Of a stretch of 64,000 bases of DNA, positions 27,782 through 36,893 are shown in pieces. Source of the stretch: Bacteroidota bacterium (lineage in GTDB: Bacteria > Bacteroidota > Bacteroidia > AKYH767-A > 2013-40CM-41-45). Both the position numbers and the translations under genes were made by a program. The stretch is from contig JBJOMN010000065.1 in the NCBI GenBank assembly GCA_046052345.1, positions 333 to 64,332 on the forward strand, written 5' to 3'. The notes under the pieces are model-generated. The model did not search any database. It was not told where the DNA came from and worked only from the letters and a program-made list of their open reading frames with translations. Every line of letters starts with the position of its first letter. Position 1 is the first letter of the stretch.

Positions 27782-28288
27782 CTATTCGAAACGTTCCGTC
27801 GCCTTGGCGAATTTGATGACCTGCTTTTCCCCGAAGGCGATGACGATCAGCGAATACAGGCCGAGGTCGTAATTGTCTACGGGTAATTCTTCCGTCAGTA
27901 TCTGGTTGTAGAACGTGGCATTGAAATTCCTTTGATATTTCAAACGGCCATAGACATCGAAAATATAGAGGGTCGCAGGCCCCGGTTGTTTCATGAACAG
28001 GTTGAAGGTAGCCGGGAAATAGGAGACCGCGGTCGGGTACATGTCCGCCATGAAGTTGGTGCAGACCGTCCCCGGCGTCCAATTAAGTATTCCGCCCCAG
28101 AAATAGGCAGCGCACTGGTTGCGATAGTTCAGCTGGTCGCATCCACACACTGGTTCGAAATCCCTTCCGCACGGCTGGAAGTCGTTCGGTTCGCGGGTGG
28201 TGTCCTTGCACGTGGAGAAGAACTGCGCCGAAACCCCCTGACTGCACAGGGAAATCAATAACATCAATGGTAACAGCCTAAGCATCAC
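27782..28288 (-). CDS. Small secreted Kazal-like domain protein with probable T9SS C-terminal sorting domain
   Basis: Signal peptide MMLRLLPLMLLISLCSQGVSAQ. CGRDFEPVCGCDQLNYRNQC fits the Kazal core C-x7-C-x6-Y-x3-C. The C-terminal ~85 aa (MYPTAVSYFPATFNLF...LYIFDVYGRL...GLYSLIVIA) resembles a T9SS CTD. Confidence 0.6.
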   Translation of the reverse strand: MMLRLLPLMLLISLCSQGVSAQFFSTCKDTTREPNDFQPCGRDFEPVCGCDQLNYRNQCAAYFWGGILNWTPGTVCTNFMADMYPTAVSYFPATFNLFMKQPGPATLYIFDVYGRLKYQRNFNATFYNQILTEELPVDNYDLGLYSLIVIAFGEKQVIKFAKATERFE

Positions 28289-28330
28289 TTAAAGGTAAAG
28301 ATTCGGCAAGAAGACGGCAAGATTCGGACG

Positions 28331-28338
28331 TATATTTG
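28331..28338 (+). promoter_or_regulatory. Candidate -7 promoter box (TAnnTTTG) for acpH
   Basis: TATATTTG is a perfect match, 13 nt upstream of the GTG start at 28352. Confidence 0.35.
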
Positions 28339-28351
28339 CCGCAATTAAGCT

Positions 28352-28924
28352 GTGAATTTCCTCGCACATATTTACCTGTCCGGCAACGATCCGGAGCTGC
28401 TGGTCGGTAATTTCATAGCCGACCATGTCAAGGGTAACCGCAAGGACCTTTTTCCGGAGGGCATCCGCCGCGGCATCGAGCTGCACAGGGCTATTGACTA
28501 TTTCACGGATACCCATCCGGTCACGGCTTCCAGCCGACGGCTGTTAAGAGACCGTCATTCGAAGTACTCCGGAGTCGTAGTCGACCTTTTCTACGACCAT
28601 TTCCTGGCAGCCGGATTTGCCGATTACTCCGACGTTGCCCTGCCGGAATTCGCAAGACGCAGTTATGAAATCATCGGCACCTACGGCGAATGGCTGCCCG
28701 AGACGGTCCGGGGATTCCTTCCATACATGGTCGAGCGCGACTGGCTGAGCAATTACGCCACACTGGAAGGGATCGGCCGTACGTTGACGGGATTGTCACG
28801 GCGCGTGCGTTTTCCTAACATCATGCACGAGGCGGTCGACGACCTGAAAGCCCACTATCCCGCGCTGGAAGCGGATTTCAGGAGGTTTTTCCCCGAATTG
28901 ATTACCTTTGTATCCTTGCGATGA
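28352..28924 (+). CDS. acpH: Acyl carrier protein phosphodiesterase
   Basis: (M)NFLAHIYLSGNDPELLVGNFIADHVKG is the characteristic AcpH N-terminus. About 190 aa. GTG start. Confidence 0.8.
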   Translation: MNFLAHIYLSGNDPELLVGNFIADHVKGNRKDLFPEGIRRGIELHRAIDYFTDTHPVTASSRRLLRDRHSKYSGVVVDLFYDHFLAAGFADYSDVALPEFARRSYEIIGTYGEWLPETVRGFLPYMVERDWLSNYATLEGIGRTLTGLSRRVRFPNIMHEAVDDLKAHYPALEADFRRFFPELITFVSLR

Positions 28925-28927
28925 GGC

Positions 28928-29185
28928 ATGCAGCTCTACGTGAACGTCAAACCCGGCCGGCGTTTTAACCGCCTGGAAAAGGCCGAGAACGGCTGGGTTG
29001 TCTCGTTAAGGGCGCCTGCTGTCGACGGAAAAGCCAACGAGGCGCTGGTGGAATACCTCTCCGAGATACTGGGAATCCCCGTATCGAAGATCGTCCTGCG
29101 GAAAGGCCGCACTTCGCGACTGAAGTGCCTTGAAATACCCGCAGAGGAGGGTGAAATCACCCAAAGACTGCTAAAAGCCCTTTAA
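28928..29185 (+). CDS. DUF167 (YggU-like) family protein
   Basis: 85 aa. DGKANEALVEYLSEILGIPVSKIVLRKGRTSRLK matches the DUF167 core (G.AN..L...L...L.......I..G..SR.K). Confidence 0.8.
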   Translation: MQLYVNVKPGRRFNRLEKAENGWVVSLRAPAVDGKANEALVEYLSEILGIPVSKIVLRKGRTSRLKCLEIPAEEGEITQRLLKAL

Positions 29186-29295
29186 ACGGGCGTATGCACA
29201 GCTCGCTGTGGATATTTACGGATTCCGGCGACCCTCCCGCATAAGCCGCTTGGTACCTTTAACCGCTTGAATTAATTCTAAAAAACACAGTTTCA

Positions 29296-31164
29296 ATGTC
29301 AGACAGGAAAAAACCGGATCACGGCTATACAGAGGAAAGCATCCGGTCGCTGGATTGGAAAGAACACATACGGACCCGTCCGGGGATGTATATCGGAAAA
29401 CTGGGCGACGGATCGTCCCGGGACGACGGTATCTATGTGTTACTGAAGGAAGTGATCGATAATTCCATCGACGAGCACGTCATGGGATACGGCAAGGTCA
29501 TTGACGTCGATATTCAGGACGGAAAAGTGGACGTGCGTGATTACGGCCGGGGCATTCCGCTCGGCAAGGTCGTCGAGTGCGTATCCAAGATCAATACCGG
29601 CGGAAAATACGACAGCAAGGCGTTCCAGAAGAGCGTCGGTCTGAACGGCGTCGGTACCAAGGCGGTGAACGCCTTATCCAGTTATTTCCGCGTCCAGGCG
29701 GTCCGGGAGGGAAGAACCAAGATCGCCGAATTCGCCTACGGCGACCTGAAAAAGGAGGAGCGGGAGAAGTCCAGCGACGAGAAGAACGGTACTCGTATGA
29801 CCTTCGAGCCGGATGATTCCGTCTTCCACAAGTACAGGTACAACAAGGAGTACGTGGAGCAGATGCTCTGGAATTACGCGTATCTCAACCGCGGGCTCAC
29901 CATCAATTTCAACGGCGATGCCTTTCATTCCGAAAACGGACTTCGCGACCTGCTCGAGAGGAATCTCTCCGATGAAGTCCGCTATCCGATCATCCATCTC
30001 CGTGGCGATGACATCGAAATCGCCTTCACGCACACCATGGGCTACGGCGAGGATTATTTCTCGTTCGTCAACGGACAGCATACCACCCAAGGCGGAACCC
30101 ATCAGGCCGCCTTCCGCGAGGCGATCGTAAAGACGGTGCGCGAGTTCTACAAGAAGGAGTTCGATGCCAGCGACGTCAGGACCTCCATCGTCGCCGCCAT
30201 CAGCGTGCGCGTTCAGGAGCCGGTGTTCGAATCCCAGACCAAGACCAAGCTCGGATCACTCACCCGCGAGCCGAACGGCGTCCAGATCAGGACATGGATC
30301 AACGACTTCGTAAAGACGGAGCTTGACAATTACCTCCACAAGTATCCGGAAACGGCCAAGGCGCTCGAGGCGAAGATTCTCCAGAGCGAGCGGGAGCGGA
30401 AGGAGATCGCCGGTATCAAGAAGCTGGCGAACGAACGCGCCCGCAAGGCCAACCTCCACAACCGGAAGCTGCGCGACTGCCGTGTCCATTTCAATTCACG
30501 GCACATCCAACGTCAGGACTCGACCATCTTCATCACCGAGGGCGATTCCGCTTCCGGTTCCATCACCAAGTCGCGCGATGTGAACACCCAAGCGGTATTC
30601 AGCCTGAAGGGCAAGCCGCTCAACTGTTACGGGCTTACCAAAAAGGTCGTCTACGAGAACGAGGAGTTCAACCTGCTCGTCAATGCGTTGAACGTGGAAG
30701 ACGGCATGGACGAGTTACGCTACAACCGCATCGTCATCGCCACCGATGCCGACGTGGACGGCATGCACATCCGGTTGTTGTTGCTGACGTTCTTCCTTCA
30801 ATTCTATCCCGAGCTGGTACGGAACGGACACGTCTTCATCCTCCAGACACCGTTGTTCCGCGTCCGTAACAAGAAAGAGACCGTGTACTGTTACTCGGAG
30901 CAGGAGCGCGTGAACGCCATCGCCCGCCTGGGTGCCAAGCCGGAGATCACCCGTTTCAAAGGGCTTGGCGAAATCTCGCCCGACGAGTTCGGCCATTTCA
31001 TCGGCAAGAGCATCCGTCTCGAGCCGGTCATGATCGGACAGGAGGAGACCATCCACAAACTGCTCGATTATTACATGGGAAAGAACACGCCTGAGAGGCA
31101 GGAGTTCATCATTTCAAATCTGCGCCTGGAGAAGGATGTCGTGGCCGAAGAGGCCGCCGTCTGA
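29296..31164 (+). CDS. parE: Type IIA topoisomerase B subunit, most likely topoisomerase IV subunit B
   Basis: 622 aa. GHKL ATPase motifs ([23 protein letters not shown]) and Toprim motifs ([31 protein letters not shown]). The short length and adjacency to a ParC-like gene favour topo IV over gyrase. Confidence 0.8.
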   Translation: MSDRKKPDHGYTEESIRSLDWKEHIRTRPGMYIGKLGDGSSRDDGIYVLLKEVIDNSIDEHVMGYGKVIDVDIQDGKVDVRDYGRGIPLGKVVECVSKINTGGKYDSKAFQKSVGLNGVGTKAVNALSSYFRVQAVREGRTKIAEFAYGDLKKEEREKSSDEKNGTRMTFEPDDSVFHKYRYNKEYVEQMLWNYAYLNRGLTINFNGDAFHSENGLRDLLERNLSDEVRYPIIHLRGDDIEIAFTHTMGYGEDYFSFVNGQHTTQGGTHQAAFREAIVKTVREFYKKEFDASDVRTSIVAAISVRVQEPVFESQTKTKLGSLTREPNGVQIRTWINDFVKTELDNYLHKYPETAKALEAKILQSERERKEIAGIKKLANERARKANLHNRKLRDCRVHFNSRHIQRQDSTIFITEGDSASGSITKSRDVNTQAVFSLKGKPLNCYGLTKKVVYENEEFNLLVNALNVEDGMDELRYNRIVIATDADVDGMHIRLLLLTFFLQFYPELVRNGHVFILQTPLFRVRNKKETVYCYSEQERVNAIARLGAKPEITRFKGLGEISPDEFGHFIGKSIRLEPVMIGQEETIHKLLDYYMGKNTPERQEFIISNLRLEKDVVAEEAAV

Positions 31165-31182
31165 GGGTAACTGAACACTAGT

Positions 31183-33507
31183 ATGGCAAAAAGCAAGCAG
31201 ACAAAACAGAATAAGCAGGAGCTTCCCGCCAAGGAGGAGCAGCCTGTGCGCGCCCGCGCCGAGAAGAACGGCAGCATACATGTCAACGGCATGTACGAGA
31301 ACTGGTTCCTCGATTACGCCTCATATGTTATCCTGGAGCGGGCAGTTCCGCATATCAACGACGGACTCAAGCCCGTACAGCGGCGCATCCTTCATTCCAT
31401 GTGGGAGATGGAGGACGGCCGTTACAACAAGGTGGCCAACGTCATCGGACATGCGATGAAGTACCATCCGCACGGCGACGCCTCCATCGGAGACGCCATG
31501 GTGCAGCTGGGCCAGAAGGACCTGCTCATTGACATGCAGGGGAACTGGGGCAACATCTATACCGGCGACAGTGCAGCGGCTCCGCGATACATCGAAGCGC
31601 GCCTGTCCAAGTTCGCCCTCGATGTCGTTTTCAATCCTAAGACCACGGAATGGCAGCTCAGTTACGACGGACGTAACAAGGAACCGGTGACGCAACCTGT
31701 AAAGTTCCCCTTGTTGCTCGCCCAAGGCGTCGAGGGCATCGCAGTCGGTCTGGCCTGCCGTATCCTCCCGCATAACTTCATCGAATTGCTGGAAGGTTCC
31801 ATCGACATCCTCCGCGGCAAGAAAGTCAGCCTCGTGCCGGATTTCCCCACCGGCGGCATCGCCGACTTCAGCAAGTACGGGGAAGGATTGCGCGGCGGCC
31901 GAATCCGCATCCGTGCGAAGATCGACAAGAAGGACCGCAAGACGCTTGTGATCAACGAAATCCCGTTCGGCACTACCACCACTTCCCTGATCGACAGCAT
32001 CCTGTCTGCCAATGATAAAGGTAAGATCAAGATCAAGAAGGTCGAGGACAATACGGCCGCCGGGGTCGAGATCGTGCTGCATCTTCATAGCGATTCTTCG
32101 GAAGACCTCGACAAGACGATCGACGCATTGTATGCCTTTACGGACTGCGAAGTGTCCATCTCTCCGAACTCCTGCGTCATCATCGACGACAAGCCGCGCT
32201 TCATGAGCGTGAACGATATCCTCAAGTACAACACGGAGCAGACGCTTGGACTGCTCCGCAAGGAGTTGGAGATCCGGCGCAGTGAGCTGGAGGAAGAATG
32301 GCATTTCAGCTCACTGGTGAAGATATTCATCGAGAAGCGCATCTACCGAAACATCGAAGAATGTACGACCTGGGAGCAGGTGATCGATACGATCGACGCG
32401 GGCCTCAAGCCGTACAAGAAGAAGTTCAAAAGGGAGATTACGCGCGACGACATCATCGGTCTTACCGAAATCAAGATCAAGCGTATCTCCAAGTACGATG
32501 TCAAGGAGCAGGACGAGAAGATCCGCGGACTCGAAGCCGAACTCGACGAGGTAGCGCATCATCTGGCCAACCTGAAACAGTACACCATTGCCTGGTTCAA
32601 GGAACTGATCCGTAAATACGGCAAAGGCCGGGAGCGGAAGACGAAGATCAGCGCCTTCGAGCAGGTGGTCGCTTCCGAGGTGATCATCAACAACCAGAAG
32701 CTCTACGTCAACCGTGAGGACGGATTCGCCGGGTTCGGCATGCGTAAGGACGAGTTTGTTTCCGAGTGCTCCGATCTGGACGAGATCCTTGTCATCCGCG
32801 GCGACGGAAGCCTGATCGTCACCAAGGTCGGGGAGAAGAAATATGTGGGTAAGGACGTCCGGTACATCTCGGTCTTCCGCAAATCCGATCCCGAGCCGGT
32901 CTTCAACCTTGTTTACCAGGATGGCAGAGGCGGTGCCGTGATGATCAAGAGGTTCACCGTCGGCGGAACCACCCGCGACAAGGAATATGTCCTGACGAAG
33001 GGAAACGAAGGGTCTAAGATCCTTTATCTGTCTCTTTGCGCCGACGCGCAGTCGGGCGAGAAGGTACGGGTGATGCTCCGTCCCAAACCAAAGCTGCGCA
33101 TCACCCAGATGGACGTCGACTTCAACGATTACGAAGTGAAAGGCCGTGGTACGATCGGTGTCACCCTCACGAAGAATTCCGCTTCGAAAGTCGTAAAGCT
33201 CGCTGATGCCGCTCCGGTGAAGAAAGCCGAGCAGCTTGCCATTGCCGAGGTCTCTGCGGCTTCCCCGAAGAAGGAGATGCCGGCTGCAAAAACAGCTCCC
33301 AAGGCCACGGCCAAGGCGGCCGCTTCCGGGAAACCGGCAGTGAAGGCCGTTCCTGCCTCGAAGTCTCCTTCGAAAAATGCGCCCGCACCAAAAAAAGCAA
33401 GTCCACTCAAGGAGGAAAAGGCCGTCACCGTTGAGTGGGATATGGCAACTAACAATGACGCGCCGTCTTCCGGAAAGAAGAAGTCCCAGATGAAGATGGA
33501 TTTCTGA
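31183..33507 (+). CDS. parC: Type IIA topoisomerase A subunit (ParC-like) with a Lys/Ala/Pro-rich C-terminal tail
   Basis: GLKPVQRRILHSM, YHPHGDASI, and the catalytic-Tyr context AAAPRYIEARLS. The C-terminal ~100 aa are AKP-rich (PAAKTAPKATAKAAASGKPAVKAVPASKSPSKNAPAPKKASPLK). Confidence 0.8.
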   Translation: MAKSKQTKQNKQELPAKEEQPVRARAEKNGSIHVNGMYENWFLDYASYVILERAVPHINDGLKPVQRRILHSMWEMEDGRYNKVANVIGHAMKYHPHGDASIGDAMVQLGQKDLLIDMQGNWGNIYTGDSAAAPRYIEARLSKFALDVVFNPKTTEWQLSYDGRNKEPVTQPVKFPLLLAQGVEGIAVGLACRILPHNFIELLEGSIDILRGKKVSLVPDFPTGGIADFSKYGEGLRGGRIRIRAKIDKKDRKTLVINEIPFGTTTTSLIDSILSANDKGKIKIKKVEDNTAAGVEIVLHLHSDSSEDLDKTIDALYAFTDCEVSISPNSCVIIDDKPRFMSVNDILKYNTEQTLGLLRKELEIRRSELEEEWHFSSLVKIFIEKRIYRNIEECTTWEQVIDTIDAGLKPYKKKFKREITRDDIIGLTEIKIKRISKYDVKEQDEKIRGLEAELDEVAHHLANLKQYTIAWFKELIRKYGKGRERKTKISAFEQVVASEVIINNQKLYVNREDGFAGFGMRKDEFVSECSDLDEILVIRGDGSLIVTKVGEKKYVGKDVRYISVFRKSDPEPVFNLVYQDGRGGAVMIKRFTVGGTTRDKEYVLTKGNEGSKILYLSLCADAQSGEKVRVMLRPKPKLRITQMDVDFNDYEVKGRGTIGVTLTKNSASKVVKLADAAPVKKAEQLAIAEVSAASPKKEMPAAKTAPKATAKAAASGKPAVKAVPASKSPSKNAPAPKKASPLKEEKAVTVEWDMATNNDAPSSGKKKSQMKMDF

Positions 33508-33530
33508 GTTCTACCTGACTATTTCGAACG

Positions 33531-33564
33531 ACCCGGCTGCTTCCAGCCGGGTTTTTCGTTTTTA
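33531..33564 (+). terminator. Rho-independent terminator after parC
   Basis: ACCCGGCTG-CTTC-CAGCCGGGT is a perfect 9-bp stem (33531-33552), followed by TTTTCGTTTTT. Confidence 0.8.
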
Positions 33565-33641
33565 TCGCTTTAGGACCTCCAACGGGCAATTTTTTTACAT
33601 CCGCTTCGTTCACTTTCTCTTCTGCTCTGCGTATATTGGGG

Positions 33642-34904
33642 ATGATGAGACGGTTTTTCGTTTTCCTGTTTTTTGCCATGACCTCGCTGAGGTCTTTCGG
33701 GTCGTTCGTCCTGGTGCCCATGGACGACAGCCAGACCGATCATCTCAAGGCCTACGGACTGGCATTCAAGGTCCTTCAGGACGGTTTGGATGTGCAGTGG
33801 TTGCTTAACTACCGCGGCGGCAGTTTCCTGATTGCGGACAATCTGCGCATCGAGCAGGAATGCACGATCCGCGGGGTATCGTTCAATGTGATCGCCGACG
33901 GTCAGGCCGGTGCCATACTGACCGAAATATCGAACCCGGAGGTGAACCAGGATGTCGTCAAGCTGGAGAAAGCACCAAAGATAGCGGTGTATTCTCCTAA
34001 GAATAAGATGCCTTGGGACGATGCAGTGACGCTCGCGCTCACCTATGCGGAAATCCCGTACGATATCGTCTACGACGAGGAAGTAATCGGCGGAAAACTG
34101 CCGCTGTACGACTGGCTGCACCTGCACCACGAGGATTTCACCGGCCAATACGGCCGATTCTGGGCGGCTTACAGGAACGCACCGTGGTACCAGGAGGACG
34201 TGCGTCTGCAGGAGGCGATGGCCTCCAAGCTCGGCTTTTCGAAAGTGTCACAGATGAAGCTGGCGGTGGCGCAGCGTATCCGGGATTTCGTCGTAGGAGG
34301 AGGTTATCTCTTCGCCATGTGTTCGGCTACCGACAGCTATGACATTGCGTTGTCTGCCGAAGGGGTTGACATCTGCGGAGAGATGTTCGACGGTGACCCC
34401 GCTGATCCGTCGATGAATTCGAAAGTGGATTTTGAGAAGACGTTCGCTTTCAGAAACTATAAGCTGAGCACGAATCCGTATGAATACGAATTCAGTGACA
34501 TCGATAACCAGCCGCCGGCGCGCCGTATCGACAGGACATCCGATTTTTTCACGTTATTCGAATTTTCCGCCAAGTGGGATCCTGTTCCCACCATGCTTTG
34601 CCAGAACCACGAACAGGTCATCAAAGGCTTCCTCGGCCAGACTACCGCCTTCAAGAAACGTACGCTTAAGTCCGAGGTACTGATCATGGGCGACTGCAAA
34701 GCGGAAGAGGAGGCACGCTACATCCACGGCGATTTCGGCAAAGGCACCTGGACATTTTACGGCGGGCACGATCCTGAGGATTATCAACACCAGGTCGGGG
34801 ATCCTCCGACGGACCTTTCCTTGCATCCCAATTCACCCGGATACCGGCTCATCCTGAACAACGTGCTGTTTCCGGCTGCTAAGAAGAAGAAGCAGAAGAC
34901 CTGA
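33642..34904 (+). CDS. Conserved-looking secreted protein of unknown function
   Basis: ~420 aa ORF with a signal peptide (MMRRFFVFLFFAMTSLRSFG). YLFAMCSATD could be a nucleophile-elbow-like Cys, as in class-I glutamine amidotransferase-like folds. That reading is speculative. Confidence 0.6.
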   Translation: MMRRFFVFLFFAMTSLRSFGSFVLVPMDDSQTDHLKAYGLAFKVLQDGLDVQWLLNYRGGSFLIADNLRIEQECTIRGVSFNVIADGQAGAILTEISNPEVNQDVVKLEKAPKIAVYSPKNKMPWDDAVTLALTYAEIPYDIVYDEEVIGGKLPLYDWLHLHHEDFTGQYGRFWAAYRNAPWYQEDVRLQEAMASKLGFSKVSQMKLAVAQRIRDFVVGGGYLFAMCSATDSYDIALSAEGVDICGEMFDGDPADPSMNSKVDFEKTFAFRNYKLSTNPYEYEFSDIDNQPPARRIDRTSDFFTLFEFSAKWDPVPTMLCQNHEQVIKGFLGQTTAFKKRTLKSEVLIMGDCKAEEEARYIHGDFGKGTWTFYGGHDPEDYQHQVGDPPTDLSLHPNSPGYRLILNNVLFPAAKKKKQKT

Positions 34905-36749
34905 TCACTGGTCGAAGAACCGCCAGCGAACGCCGAAGCGGAAAACCTTTCCGGGCTGCGGAAGCAAAGGTGTCAGGTAATAGGCCGGAGTAACGGTCCC
35001 CGCCCCGGCATTTTCGAGGCGAAGGAACAGCGCTGCCGTCTTTATCTGAAGTCGTGCCGAAACATCTACGCGAATCGCCTCTCCGGCGGAGTAGGTGTTC
35101 TGGAGATAAAAGAATCCTGTTGCAGGAAGGAAGGCATCCCCGTTGAAGGATGCCAGGTAGCGGGCTTCTATTCCGGTCTGCAGCCGGAATCCTTTTTGGG
35201 AGAGGTCGCGTTCCCAGTAAAGTCCGTGGAAGGTGGACCATTCCGGTAACCGTACTACGTTCTCATCGTTCTGCTGCCAATTGATGCTATTCGCGAATAA
35301 CCAGTTTCTCCACCGGAATCGTTTTTCGAGGGAGATACAGGTAGAGGAGACCGCCCGGGATGATTGAGCGGCATTGCCGGTCGAATCCATGTAGAGGAAA
35401 CCGGAGATATCCTGCTGCAGGATCTTCAGGGCGGTACTGTATTCCGGAAGGCTGATTTCCACGGCCGCGGCTGCCGTTTCCACGGAGCGGAAACCGGAAT
35501 TGTTCCAGCGGAAGTGATTGCTGTCCATGGCGCGATACACCTCCGGGACTGCACAGACGGAGCTGGTGCCCCGCAGGGAGATGTGCAGTGGCGATACGTC
35601 AAAATGCAGATATATGTCCGCCGAATAGTTGTCCTTTTCGGTGCCGTTTACGATCCTTATCCCTTCAAGGTAAAAGTCCCACTTTTCTTTTTGCAGGGCG
35701 GCCCTGGCGCCCAATCCGACATTTGAACGACTTTCCGATTGACGCTGCAGGAACCGGAAAAACTGGTGGTCCAGCCAGGCTGAGAATTCAAGCGCGCTGC
35801 TTTCAGGTATCCGGCAGATGGCAAGCCTGTTCCTTAACTCCGAGAAGGAAGTGGAGTCATCCGTTGCGGTTCCGTAGAAGTAGTCGGAGTAAAATCCGCT
35901 GTCCGCAGAAAGGTCTTCGTAGGCATAAGAACCTCTGCTGAGCGTGCTGGAGGAGCGAAGGGCCCAGTTGGACAGCAAGCTGTCGGAGGGGGCTTTCAAC
36001 AGCCACTGCTGACCCACGTGGAAGGATTTCTCCCGGTAACGGAAGGCGGCATCCTTCAACTGTACCGGCAGCCCTTTGAGTTGAAGATGGGAGGTGGTAT
36101 TGGTGAAAAGGGAATCATCCGTGATTCCTCCATTGCATTCGTTTCGTACGGTGTTCCAGAGCGCATTTGCAAAGACGTGATAGCGGTCTCGGCGTGTTCC
36201 GAAATCACTGAAAAAGACGAAATGTCCGTTATAGGTATTGCTGTTGGGGAGGAAATCCAGAACATTACCTCTGTGAAAATAAAATCCTGAATTCCAGTTA
36301 TTTAAAATGTTTTGAGAATGTAATACTTTAATATATTGTTGACGGAAAGCGCCCATCGAATAATTGAGCTCGGTGAAGCGCTTGTTGGTCCTCCAGTATC
36401 TTATGCTGTCACTTTTAAGAAGGTAGCGGTCTGCCAGATAATAGCCGGCCGTGTTGAACGGCCCGGTAACAGTTGAAAACAACATGGATTTCGAAGCGGA
36501 CCCGGGAGTGCCAAGATCCTGGAACTCGACAGGCGCATGCTCTTCAGCATCGAATCCATCAAGAATGGCTTCCGGCTCTTTTCCGCTGCCGGGAGTTTTA
36601 TACCACTCGGTTTCCGAGTAGATCCTGATCCGTGTGGGAAGAACGGGGAGGGTGGAATCTCCCGCAGACAGTTCGCTTTGCGCCTGTGCCACGGCGAAAC
36701 AGGTAAGAAATGTCCCCAACAGGGCCGTAAATGGTCGTGTAAGTGTCAT
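34905..36749 (-). CDS. Outer-membrane beta-barrel protein (putative porin family)
   Basis: 614 aa. Signal peptide MTLTRPFTALLGTFLTCFAVAQAQ. Alternating hydrophobic/aromatic beta-strand pattern throughout. C-terminal strand FRFGVRWRFFDQ. Confidence 0.6.
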   Translation of the reverse strand: MTLTRPFTALLGTFLTCFAVAQAQSELSAGDSTLPVLPTRIRIYSETEWYKTPGSGKEPEAILDGFDAEEHAPVEFQDLGTPGSASKSMLFSTVTGPFNTAGYYLADRYLLKSDSIRYWRTNKRFTELNYSMGAFRQQYIKVLHSQNILNNWNSGFYFHRGNVLDFLPNSNTYNGHFVFFSDFGTRRDRYHVFANALWNTVRNECNGGITDDSLFTNTTSHLQLKGLPVQLKDAAFRYREKSFHVGQQWLLKAPSDSLLSNWALRSSSTLSRGSYAYEDLSADSGFYSDYFYGTATDDSTSFSELRNRLAICRIPESSALEFSAWLDHQFFRFLQRQSESRSNVGLGARAALQKEKWDFYLEGIRIVNGTEKDNYSADIYLHFDVSPLHISLRGTSSVCAVPEVYRAMDSNHFRWNNSGFRSVETAAAAVEISLPEYSTALKILQQDISGFLYMDSTGNAAQSSRAVSSTCISLEKRFRWRNWLFANSINWQQNDENVVRLPEWSTFHGLYWERDLSQKGFRLQTGIEARYLASFNGDAFLPATGFFYLQNTYSAGEAIRVDVSARLQIKTAALFLRLENAGAGTVTPAYYLTPLLPQPGKVFRFGVRWRFFDQ

Positions 36750-36893
36750 CGGCAGCGCTTCAAATTTACGCTATTCGGTGGTGAGAATTCCATGGACGAC
36801 GGAATTCAGTGGGCCAACGCTGTAAGATGAGGGGTGAAAAAGTCCTTTTGGGGATTGTGTGCTAACCTATATTTCAAAGGTCATCCCCCCGTA

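Noticed and set aside
31321-32304. 327-aa minus-strand ORF inside parC
   Set aside because: It is antisense to a ParC-like protein with its catalytic motifs intact. No motifs were seen, and the composition is that of a shadow ORF.
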